A program made the translations under genes and the position numbers. Under the pieces are notes generated by a model. The model searched no databases. It had not been told where the DNA came from and saw only the letters and a list, made by a program, of their open reading frames with translations. A stretch of DNA of 19,377 nt from Azolla caroliniana (Eukaryota; Plantae; Polypodiophyta), in contig JBHGNT010000610.1 in NCBI GenBank assembly GCA_043228905.1, positions 1-19,377 on the forward strand, given 5' to 3'. The stretch's first letter is position 1; every line of letters starts with the position of its first letter. This document shows positions 1-10,110 of this stretch, in pieces.

Positions 1-125
1 ATCGGCGATATGACTTCTCAAATAGCACATCGATTGCTCTTTCGGGGGTAGTTTTGAGTTTTCCCTTATAAACTTTTTCCTACCTACTTTGGATTAAAGA
101 AGATGCTGCTTTGTCCTATTTTCAG

Positions 126-299
126 GTAAATGAAGGAGAAAGTGAAAGCTTACCTCAAGTATATGATCCGGATACAATCGCGGCATACTGGAGCAAACGG
201 CCAGGAGCAGTAGTTACTAGAATTGCACAGTTGCTAAGTGTTGCGGGTGGATTCCTCTCTGGCATTGCTTCTGACATTATCACAAAGAAAGTGAAAGAG
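126..299 (+). CDS. ABC1K6: ABC1K exon (first in window)
   Basis: TTTCAG|GTA acceptor, [15 protein letters not shown]...KKVKE, GAG|GTATTT donor. Confidence 0.88.
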
Positions 300-3200
300 G
301 TATTTTATGTCAATCCTTAGTGTATATAACAATAAATGTAATACGTGGTGTATATTATGTCACATGCAATAGGAGAAACTATGCATAAATTTCTCAATTG
401 AACTTCTTGTGTGGATTCATTTTACAGAATGAAGTTGCCAGGGCTATTGAGCTACGCGATATAGTTACCTCTTTGGGACCAGCTTATATAAAGTTGGGCC
501 AAGCTCTTAGCATTCGACCTGATGTTCTCTCGCCAGCAGCTATGACAGAGCTTCAGAAGCTTTGTGATAAGGTTTGTTTTTATTGTTAATATCCATGCTA
601 AATTAGCATTGATAGATATTTTCTTCTTTAGTCTTGTTTAAGTATGCATTCATCTCTTTTCCATGTCTCTGTCATTATCGTTATAGGAACTACTTATCTA
701 AATAGAAATGCCAATTCTTTAGCTGTACTTGGCTGGTTCATATCAAGTTGGTGCAAACTGTTAGTGCGCGACCTGATATTGTCTCCACCAGCTGAGCTTG
801 TAGAATGATGTAGGATGTGTCTGTGTGGGGCAGGGATAACTGGCAAACTACTTCTGTCATCATTTCATTATTTTGTTACAGGAAGTTAATCATGTTAATG
901 CTTTTAGTTTCTCATGTGGAGAAATGAGGTCATGCTATGCATCTTGTGTACTACAGCTGTTTTTTCCTATGCCTGTTATTTGTGGTGTATGTTGGCTGTC
1001 AATCTGGTATAATGTTGGTTTGATTGGATATGAGCTATTTAGGTTTTGGCTGTAGAGTCTTGATCAGCCTGTCAAAGCCATAATACACGTCAAGTTTTTT
1101 ATGTACATAGACCCCAATTTAGGGTTAGGCAAGATTAAAATCCTGAAACAGAACCAAATTCTGTACCTATTATAATCTGTCGCAGATGGTGTGTTATTGA
1201 TATTTCTGATGATATCCTTTAAGCATAAGAGATATGGAAGATGTCCAGTGGTTTATGTACGAACATTTTATTGATTCTCATCTTTCCATGTTGGCATACC
1301 ATTATATGTAATTCTATTTGTGCAGTTCAAATTTTTGAGATGTACAGTAATTTGTATGTAAATGTTTCATGTTTCTGTGTAACTGATCATCAGTGTTCCA
1401 GGTATATTTTTAATTTCTTAGTAATCTGATTTATTGACAGGTTCCTTCATTTCCTGATGATGTGGCAATGAATTTACTTGAGGAAGAGCTTGGAAAACAC
1501 TGGTCAGAGATCTATTCAGAACTTTCACCATCACCAATTGCTGCAGGCAATTCCCATGGACTCCTGAACTCACAGACATAATTAAAAAAATGGTTTTGCA
1601 TGCTAAGATGGATTTTAACTCACTCATAAGTGTCATTACAGCTTCATTGGGTCAAGTTTACAAAGGACGCTTAAAGGAAACTGGAGACTTAGTAGCTGTG
1701 AAAGTTCAGCGGCCGTATGTACTGGAAACAGTTACCATTGATCTATTCATAATTCGGAAACTGGGGATGGCGCTTCGGAGGTTCCCACAGGCAAGCAGTT
1801 CTTTTTCCTTTTCTTTATTATATGCTTGGAAGAACGGTGGATTGAGAACGAAGAAATGAATAGTGGATTCAGAATGAAGATGCGTACTGCCTACTGAGAA
1901 TGGTAATGTGTTGTCATTTGACAGATTGCCACAGATGTTGTGGGTCTTGTAGATGAATGGGCAGCAAGATTCTTTGAGGAGCTTGATTATGTCAATGAGG
2001 GGGAAAATGCTACACGATTTGCTGCATTGATCCAAGAAGATCTTCCTCAGGTTTGTTTGAAGTGCCAAAAAATTTATGGAACGACATAATTGTCTGAAAG
2101 AACAGTCTGTGTACAATTATATTTCTCATAAATCTTGCTAAGAAATAATAGACAAATATACCAAGTGCAAACTTGCAGTCCCCTGACTGCATTTAGTCAA
2201 CCTTCTTTCAACCCATATCTGACATTTGGGGTTTTAGTCCATCAATCTTTGCATGATTGCCATATTTCAGAGGATATCTTCCTCAAATGTATCTTGAATG
2301 GATGAGAAGATCGTCAACATGCTATACTGACCAATGGAACCAGTTTAGTATGATGACTATAGGGCCACTCTCCGAGCTGTATGTTATATATTGTATTTTG
2401 GGTTTGTCTTTCTTGTTGCTGCTAACCAGCTTCTGTTCTATTCTAATATGTAATTAGCTGTATAGTTATTTGAATAATTGGGTTTCTTTCATAAAAAATC
2501 CGACGAACTTATATTTACATGAACAATTATATTGTGTTAGTTTTTATTCATATTTTTCAGGTGGTGGTTCCTAAAACATATTCTAAGTACACTTCAAGGC
2601 GTGTATTAACTACACAATGGATAGATGGAGAGAAGTTATCTCAGAGCACTGCTAGCGATGTGGGTGATCTTGTTAACGTTGGTGTGATTTGTTATCTCAA
2701 ACAGGTGTCTAGATCTTCCTTCAGTTTAAACTTTTTCTTTTCTGTATATCATTTTCCATTTGCATTGAGATATGAGTGTGCTATATTGGTAGTATTGATG
2801 TTGTTTGGTTATTGGTTGGCAGTTGCTAGACACGGGGTTGTTTCATGCTGATCCACACCCAGGAAATCTCATTCGCACTCCAGATGGGAAACTTGCAATA
2901 CTTGATTTCGGTATGATTTCTGCCAAAAGTTTATTATGGTTTTCTTCTTATCATTCAGATTTTAAAGTTTTGCACTGAACTAATGTGTGCAGGTCTCATG
3001 ACTCAAATCACGGACAATCAGAAGTATGGGATGATTGAGGCTATTTCCCATCTCATCCATAGAGACTATGATGCCATTGTCAAGGACTTTGTGATGCTGG
3101 ATTTCATTCCTGAGGGAGTGAATCTGGACCCAATTATGCCAGTGCTAGCAAAGGTCTTTGATCAAGCACTCGAGGGTGGAGGCGCAAAAAATATCAATTT

Positions 3201-5723
3201 TCAAGAGCTTGCAGCAGATCTGGCACAAATAACTTTCGATTATCCTTTTCGAATCCCACCATATTTTGCATTAATCATTCGTGCAATTGGTGTATTGGAG
3301 GGCATTGCCTTAGTCGGCAACCCTGACTTTGCAATTGTTGATGAGGCATACCCTTACATAGCACAGGTTTTTTTCTTTCATTTTTCCATGGCATTCACCA
3401 GTGACTTGCAATTCGTATTACCATTATTTCACATTATAAAGTAGGTTTGCAGTGGCCGTTCTTCATGTTCTTACATTCAATGTGATTTATAGTATCACTT
3501 GAAGCACTGTGAAAAACCTTTTTCTTAAGATAATCATGTAGTTTCCTATCTAAGAGGTTCTTCTGGACAGATACATTTTGCATCTAAACCCTAAACTATA
3601 ATTTCTTTTTCCCCTGACTGAAAACAGTAACTATAATGTCTGAACTTATTGCTCAATGTGTTGCAGAGACTTCTGACAGACAGTTCTCCTCGACTCAGAG
3701 AAGCTTTGCGATACACGATATATGGCAAAACTGGTGTTTTCGATGTAGAACGATTTATCGATGTTATGGAGGCCTTTGAGTCATTTGTAAGTGCAGCAAA
3801 GAGTGGAGGAGGGGAGGATTTACAAGGCAGCATGGCCACTTTGGGACTAGTTGATGCAGGAAGCTCAAGGTTTTTGCCACTTCCTCTCGAGATGCAACAA
3901 GAAAAGAAGGCTCAGAAAACTCAAACAAGGGCTGCATTAGGTTTTCTTTTATCTCAACAAGGCGAATTTTTCAGAGAGTTCATACTAGATGAGGTTTACT
4001 TCTGAAACTTTACTTTCTTTTTATTAGAAGATATGTATGCCATAACTTTAAGAGCTCCTTGTGTATTCATCCTCAGTGGGTTTTTCTTTATCTCAATCTA
4101 TCCATATGATGAGATTTTCTTTCGGAACGAGAATATTAGTTTGTGAGGGATAAGAAGAGGGAGAGGCATTTATTGGAAGACATGTATGCTTCATGTCTGA
4201 AAAGAGGTGCTTCATTATAGGATGAGCTTTTCTATTAGGTTTCTTAGAAAGAGAGATAAATTATATTGTCATCTTTGGAGGTCAAATATGACCTAGAGAC
4301 CAAAAATATTACATTTAACGTGATACATGTGAAAGTGAGTGGGGACTCCCGATGTTCAAGAACTTCACCAATGAATGTTGTAACTGAGAGTGCACATTGT
4401 GATTGTGAAAGAAATTCGTGCAAGGATTGGGGTTGGTCGAAGATGTGTGGAAAGCATGGTTGAATATGATTTAAGGTAGAGTATTGTGTCAAAGTGTGAT
4501 ACTTAGACCCCCGAACTTGTTTTGGGCAAAGTGTCCATAGTTGACCATCTCATCACTTGTGCCCCAACTCCTTGTTTCACATCACAATGCGTATGAGCTA
4601 GTTGCATGGAAGCAATGGTTAGGATGACAAGACACCGAGATGCGCTCGAACATTATCAATGTGTACGGTTTCCCCGTTCGGCGAAGAATATGGTTTTGTA
4701 GTTAGGTCCAACATATGTAGTATAATGTGTGAAGCGTGATAGATTGGCATCGCAAAAAGGCCTCTTTTGGGGAATTGAAAGGCTACTAATTAACAATGCT
4801 TCATGATAGTAAGAGGAGGTCCTTGCCATTTATCCTTGATTGTCTTCCTCTCCTCTCTACATATAGGGTAAGACTTTCTAATGGCGGGACATAAATTTTT
4901 AGAGAGAGACAGATTATGGAATATGAGCCATGGTCACAATATCGCTCACTGTAAATGCGTTCAGAATAGGCTGCATTTAAGGGTGCTTTCCTGACATTCT
5001 AATAGTTTTAATTCGATATCATACACACATTGTTTTGTGATTTGACACTGGACAGAACGGTTTTCTGCAGGTGGTGAAGGGTATAGATGCTGTATCTAGG
5101 GAGCAATTAACACAGTTGATTGTAACCTTTGGATTTGACAGAATGATACCTTCCCTGAGTTCTGTACCCGCATTCTCATTTTTGCGACCTGCCTTCTTGC
5201 TTCCATCAATAACTGCTGAAGATCAGGTGGTGCTCAATAACACAAGAAGGGTTCTCTCTTTTCTCATAGAGGGCACACCAGCTGAAAAAACACAAGATCA
5301 GGTGATGATATATTATCTCATACCTTTGTTGAACTTTTACATGATTGTAACTTCAAAATGTGTACCCTTTCGAGTTTGTAAACTGATCAAAATGCTCATG
5401 AGTTTTAAAAAATTAGGCACTTAATGTTTTCAAAACCTACCAGACTATAGAGGGCTGAAAACTTACGGGTATTCTGGTGACTATGGGATAAGTTAGGGGT
5501 CTGCTTTTGGTGGGTGTCCCTAAAATGTTTGTTCTGATTGCTAGTCTGCTGATATTAGATTTGTTGGATGTGTGAAAAACAGGCTGGTAGCTTGAAGATT
5601 TTTGAGATATCACAAGAACTTTTGCCGTTGCTGCCAGCAATCACAGTGCAGATGGTGCCCGAAATTGCTAACCGTTTAGTATCAAGAGTTGTTGCTCGAT
5701 TTTTGAGGGATGTGTTTCTGTAA
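126..5723 (+). CDS. ABC1K6: ABC1/UbiB (aarF-domain) atypical protein kinase, plastid ABC1K6/At3g24190-like; 5'-partial, 11 exons
   Basis: join(126..299,428..571,1441..1546,1642..1790,1925..2050,2561..2704,2823..2910,2993..3366,3667..3993,5071..5301,5583..5723) = 2004 nt, in frame, ending TAA. Motifs [46 protein letters not shown] and C-terminus ...[10 protein letters not shown]. Orthology is from my recollection of the Arabidopsis protein, not a search. Confidence 0.92.
428..571 (+). CDS. ABC1K6: ABC1K exon
   Basis: TTACAG|AAT acceptor; [28 protein letters not shown]...LCDK; AAG|GTTTGT donor. Confidence 0.93.
1441..1546 (+). CDS. ABC1K6: ABC1K exon (absent from ORF track), GC donor
   Basis: TGACAG|GTT; [35 protein letters not shown]; CAG|GCAATT phase-1 donor. 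Confidence 0.9.
1642..1790 (+). CDS. ABC1K6: ABC1K exon, GC donor
   Basis: TTACAG|CT; (A)[24 protein letters not shown]...RRFPQ; CAG|GCAAGC donor. Confidence 0.9.
1925..2050 (+). CDS. ABC1K6: ABC1K exon
   Basis: TGACAG|ATT; [28 protein letters not shown]...DLPQ; CAG|GTTTGT. Confidence 0.9.
2561..2704 (+). CDS. ABC1K6: ABC1K exon
   Basis: TTTCAG|GTG; [26 protein letters not shown]...CYLKQ; CAG|GTGTCT. Confidence 0.93.
2823..2910 (+). CDS. ABC1K6: ABC1K exon, catalytic loop
   Basis: GGCAG|TTG; [29 protein letters not shown](G); G|GTATGA. Confidence 0.93.
2993..3366 (+). CDS. ABC1K6: ABC1K exon
   Basis: TGCAG|GT; [17 protein letters not shown]...[19 protein letters not shown]...AYPYIAQ; CAG|GTTTTT. 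Confidence 0.93.
3667..3993 (+). CDS. ABC1K6: ABC1K exon
   Basis: TTGCAG|AGA; [20 protein letters not shown]...FFREFILDE; GAG|GTTTAC. Confidence 0.93.
4490..4790 (-). mobile_element. Possible highly decayed LINE (L1-like) fragment in intron
   Basis: Minus-strand pieces in different frames: YYICW (~4708-4724), [10 protein letters not shown] (~4524-4551), GGLSI (~4498-4513). Order resembles the post-RT YY.SCW...W...LPK..GGLGI signature of plant L1 ORF2. Confidence 0.35.
5071..5301 (+). CDS. ABC1K6: ABC1K exon
   Basis: CTGCAG|GTG; [13 protein letters not shown]...KTQDQ; CAG|GTGATG. Confidence 0.88.
5583..5723 (+). CDS. ABC1K6: ABC1K terminal exon (absent from ORF track)
   Basis: AACAG|GCT; [46 protein letters not shown]; acceptor less certain than the stop. 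Confidence 0.82.
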   Translation, partial: AGSLKIFEISQELLPLLPAITVQMVPEIANRLVSRVVARFLRDVFL

Positions 5724-6518
5724 TTACATTTTTCTATCCCTCACTAACATGTAACGCTATCCTATGTAAAAAAGAGAAGAGATTTGTCTGTAGCTATACA
5801 AGAACCTCTTTGTGTGCTGAGATAATTTCTGAAAAACTATTTTCCATTTATAGATCATGTAGAAACCCATGTATTCCTTCCATTGATAAATGTATATACA
5901 CAGATTCTTGATATATTTATGCGAGCACTTGATGTTCCATATAAAATCATTTCTTGTATTCAATCACATATGGTACTTGAAAAAGTAGTACTATTTCGTA
6001 TTTCCTGTCATGTAAATTTAGAGACAGCGATCAAGTGACAAATATTGTTGCCATGTATTTCATGAGTGAGAGCTGTATCAGACTAATGAAACTTGAGTTT
6101 TTGTGATTTAAAAACTCCTTTATTGCTGATCTGTACACTTAAAACATGACGTTTCCCTTCAACTGGCTCATCAATGCGTGAATAATTTGAGCTTAATCAT
6201 GAGCAGATCGTCGATAGGACCTTGACAGACCAAAATATCAGAAAGCGTTCATTTCACAATGGTATGGATCCTTTTTAAGTATAATTATACCAGCTACGGT
6301 GATCATGCCTTCTGTTGAAAGTAATTCAAAGTTTAATGAAATATATGGGTATGCTATGGTCTGATTGCAGACTATGATATCATTGAAAATAAAATATATT
6401 AAACTTAACTGACATAGGCAGTCAAACTAGAAGGCATGGCTTAAAACTTGTAATTCCAAAATGAGGCTTTAGATGTTTCCTCAACGGTCCCTCAATGAAT
6501 GTGCGTGAATCTCCCCTA

Positions 6519-7356
6519 GAGAAAGAAAGAAAGAAATTTTAACGTCTTTTAGGAGGCCCATATGGCCTATAAGACCAAACAAGAGATTACATCTTAAGTG
6601 TTGTCTTGTCTTTGAGAACAACAAATCAAAATAAAATAAATATTACTGAGTAAATATAAAAGTAAATAAATTAAAAAGAGACTAAAGAATCTGTTTTTTA
6701 GCACATGTAAGATTCTCAAGTTAGATATATCACTTGTCTTCGAAAGATCTCTAGCATAGGTCACTCCAAAATGGAGAGGTCTTCGAGGTGAGGGAAGCAC
6801 CAACAATGGCGGGAGATAATGACCTTTATTTGTCGATGACAAGGGTGGTGAGGTAATGGTCCGTGGGGCCGAGGCCTACGTGCACGAAAAATTGTTATTG
6901 CTCGATCTATTGTAACCCTTACGTCCTGTCAGGAGCCCATTTGTGTAGCCCTTGATTGACTTGTATCATTAGTAAGAGTGATGGGGCTAAAGAAAGTTGT
7001 GATTGGTCTTTGTGGATGAGCTTGTGTGGTTGTACTATTGTCCAACAACTTTTCCCTGTGTATCTTGAGTTCTTGCAAGAAAAGTTCTAGACACAGTTGG
7101 TCCTCATATTCTATTCTCGTGCATACTAGGCCAATGCCTTGTTTAAAGAGGCAATGGTATTCTCCCTCTTATATCTTAAAGACACTACAATGGCAAACAT
7201 CGTGTTCTTCGGAATCCACTCCTTGATGACACAATTGGCAAATTCTTTCTTCTAGAGGTATTTGTATATATTTACCCACCACAATCTCTGACTCATTTGA
7301 TGAAGTTCACAACTGCCCAAGTTCGCAAGTGCCTTATCACACTGCCCAACGCATAT
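6519..7356 (-). mobile_element. 3' end of a decayed non-LTR retrotransposon (LINE): ORF2 C-terminus, 3' UTR and (TTTC)n tail
   Basis: One minus frame (3 stops over 7317-6800) reads GQL*TSS...IPLEERICQLCHQGVDSEEHDVCHC...YHCLFKQG...EYEDQLCLELFLQE, containing a CX2CX8HX4C finger at 7187-7240. (GAAA)4 at ~6521-6536 is the putative tail; the 3' boundary is approximate. Confidence 0.72.
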
Positions 7357-7783
7357 TGTTGAGAAGCAAGCTCAACATTGGCCAAATCGACTGAATAAGT
7401 CAAGAGCCGGATCAGATGAAGATCGATCGGCTAGGCCCGAATCATATCAGAGAGCCGGATCGGAGAGCTGGATCCGCGGGAAGCCCGCAAGCCATTAGAG
7501 GCCTACGCTCCTAATTTAGTAGGTAGTTATATTTTTGGGAGTTAGTGTCAGAGGCTCTTTCATGAGCATTGAAGTACTTGTCAGTCCTTTAAGGATTTGT
7601 ATAAAAATGCTCCCTCAACACATTTGTATGTACCGAGCGCATAGTATTTTGAATTGAGTTTTAGTCTTCTACTCTCTCTGTCTCTCCCGCTTATTATATT
7701 TCTGTTTTCTTCTTTGTGTTTCTTTGTTGCTGTCCGGCTCAGCTAGTTGTGTTCTGTTTAGCTTCCGCGTGTAAATCTTTACA
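7357..7783 (+). repeat. 5' LTR of copia A (427 bp)
   Basis: Starts TGTTGAGAAGCAAGCTCAACA, TATA-like TGTATAAAAA ~7598, ends ...ATCTTTACA directly before PBS; termini match LTRs at 9521-9906 and 14577-14963. Confidence 0.9.
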
Positions 7784-7795
7784 TGGTATCAAAGC
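7784..7795 (+). promoter_or_regulatory. Primer-binding site (tRNAi-Met)
   Basis: TGGTATCAAAGC, one mismatch to the canonical TGGTATCAGAGC. Confidence 0.92.
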
Positions 7796-7878
7796 GTGGG
7801 GATTGAGAATCCTTTGTTGGTGACATGTGTTAAACACACGCAAACCCTAATCCCCGGACAAGAACAGACAAGAAGAAA

Positions 7879-9520
7879 ATGGACAGAGGAATGGGCGGTG
7901 TCCTTCTAATAAAGGAAGTGGGCAGAAGCCGCTACGCGTCGTGGGAGTACAAGATGGACCAGTACTTGCTCGGGCATGGCTACTAGAGTTATATCTGAGG
8001 AGAAAACGAAGTAGCACAAGTCGATGCACAAGGATTTCCGTTGTGGGAGCAGGCGACAAGTAGAGTCTTGTAGTGCCTTGCATCCTGTGTGCACGACCAG
8101 ATGCTAGGCTACATTCAAGATGCAAAGACGCCGAAGGAGGCTTGGGACAATCTGAAGAAGATTTTCGCCGCGAGTACCACGATCCATAAGTTGCAACTCC
8201 GTCAAGAGCTCAACAATATCTAACAAATGGATATGACGGTGACCGACTACACCACAAAGATCAAGGAAATCTTTGAAGCCTTGGGATCCATCAATGTGAC
8301 GGTGGATGAGGACGAAATGGTATAGATTTGCCTCAATGGTCTAGTTCAAAGGTACGTCGACCCGATCCGGATGGCTATTTGCACAAGGGAGAAACCACCA
8401 TCGTTTTTCGATTTGTAATCGATGCTTATGGTCGAAGAAAACCACGCGGGTGTGTCAAGGAGCATACAATCCGACATTCGGATATTGTACATGGAGGCAG
8501 ATAGGCCCCGTAATCATGGAAAACGTGGTGGATCAGCACGCAATGGTGGCGGCAAACAAGAGCAGAACCAAAGGCATAATCAACATGCCGACAACAGTTT
8601 CGAACCCTCAACGAGCAGGGGGAATCAAGATGGCACCAGAAACAGCAAGCAAAGGCCGCAATGGAATGCTAGTATTGTGGCCGAAAAGGCCATAGAGAAA
8701 GCAAGTGTTGGACGAAGAAGGCTGATTCGAACAAATCCGGATCGGGCAGAGCCGAATAAGGAAATCGGCAGCGGTTGCATTACGCCGAAGGCTCAAGGCA
8801 AGCCGAAACAGGCCCAACCTTCGTAATCAAGCATAAGGCCACCTCGATGAAGTCGGGCACCTCAAAACCCAATGAAGTGTGGTATGTCGATTCCGGAGCA
8901 TCAAACCACATTAAGAGCCACGAAGAGTGGTTCTCACATTTAGAGAAGCCGAAACAACCAGGGGTCGTCGAAACCGGCGATGACACCTCACATCCCATCG
9001 AGCATGTCAGTGACATCCCCTTGAGCCATGTCTGCCAGAAAGGGAGACTAATGAACATCTTGCACATTCCGACAATGACCAAGAATTTGGTGTCGGTCGG
9101 ATAGATTGTTGACCAAGGGATGCAGGTCCGGTTCACCCATCTCAGGTGCTTTATCGAAGAAGAAGGGAAAATCATCGCGTAAGGACGACGAGAAGGGAGG
9201 ATGTTCATCCTCGACACAAACAACAGCAACACCGCAAAAGGACAAAAACTTGAATAAGATATCAACTTATGGCATAAACAGATCAGCCACGTCAACTTCC
9301 AACGGCTTAAGGAGTTGCAAATGAAACAAGTTGTGTTCGGTTTGCCAAAGTTCAGTGAGTGGAAAGCCCAAGTTTGTGAAGCCTGCCAACTAGGGAAACA
9401 ACACCGGCTTCCTTTTCCCGACGAGTGAAATTGGAGTCACAATAAGCTCGACTTAATACATTCGGATGTATGGGGACCAACATTGAATGTGAGCCTAGGC
9501 GGGAGTCTATATTTCGTCTC
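7879..9520 (+). pseudogene. Copia A gag-protease-integrase N-terminus, degenerate
   Basis: Recognisable domains broken by many TAG/TAA stops and frameshifts. Confidence 0.88.
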
Positions 9521-9906
9521 TGTAAAGAATCGGATATGGATTCTTGTGAAGCGGAAGAGATATGAGTTATGTGTGTGTATGAGAGAGAGAGTGAGAGAGA
9601 CAAGGAATAAGACACAAAGAATACGCAAGGTAAGAGTATATTAACAAAGGAGAAAGACTCAATGTTATACAAGGTGGGAGGAGGGTGCTTTATGTAGTCA
9701 CCCTCTCTCTTCATTAACTACAAGACTCATGGAGCATGGGAAATGTGAAAGCTCTCAAGTTATGTGTCATAGAATATGATTCTATGACTCATACTAAATG
9801 CTAGAATATAAAGTGGTGACATAATGGTGACTCTTGACCGTTGGAGTGTCTCTTCACTCTCAAGGTGAGTTCACACACTAGACCAAGTTGAGCTTGATTC
9901 TCAACA
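9521..9906 (-). repeat. 3' LTR of copia B (386 bp)
   Basis: Minus strand starts TGTTGAGAATCAAGCTCAAC right after the PPT and ends ...TTCTTTACA exactly where the integrase of A stops. Confidence 0.9.
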
Positions 9907-9921
9907 CGCCCCCTCAAGCTC
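9907..9921 (-). promoter_or_regulatory. Polypurine tract of copia B
   Basis: GAGCTTGAGGGGGCG immediately 5' of the LTR TG. Confidence 0.88.
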
Positions 9922-10110
9922 AAGTCGGGTCGGTTTCAGACGGTATCCGAAATCCGCTTCAACTCGCGTTCCGGAGTTCGCGTCGACTCGCATCGACTCG
10001 CTTTATACGGAGTTGCGGAATCCGTGCTCCAGCTTGCATTTTGCGAAGTTTGTGTTTCGGCTTGCGTGCGTAGTTGCGAAGTCTGTGCTTACGGTTGCGG
10101 AATCTACGCG

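Larger units (their letters stand above)
7357..9520 (+). mobile_element. Ty1/copia LTR retrotransposon A: 5' LTR, PBS, gag, protease, start of integrase; interrupted at 9520
   Basis: LTR TG...CA, PBS, then decayed YASWEYKMDQYLLGHGY*, EAWDNLKKIF, C*YCGRKGHRESKC knuckle, WYVDSGASNH, LWHKQISHVN...CEACQLGKQHRLPF, LIHSDVWGP. Confidence 0.93.

Noticed and set aside
2268-2286. GAGGATATCTTCCTCA resembling the end of exon 1925-2050 (duplicated exon?)
   Set aside because: Match is only about 11-14 bp with no further homology or donor site
873-2457. Short ORFs at 873, 1241 and 2257 in ABC1K introns
   Set aside because: AT-rich intron sequence without motifs; the spliced kinase is complete without them
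7401-7480. Repeated AGAGCCGGATC motifs as a CRISPR-like or novel array
   Set aside because: Short, irregular U3 enhancer-type repeats within a copia LTR; eukaryotic context, no repeat-spacer periodicity
9570-9600. (TG)n/(AG)n tracts, also at ~12183 and ~18075
   Set aside because: Ordinary CT-rich microsatellites of LTR R/U5 or U3 regions
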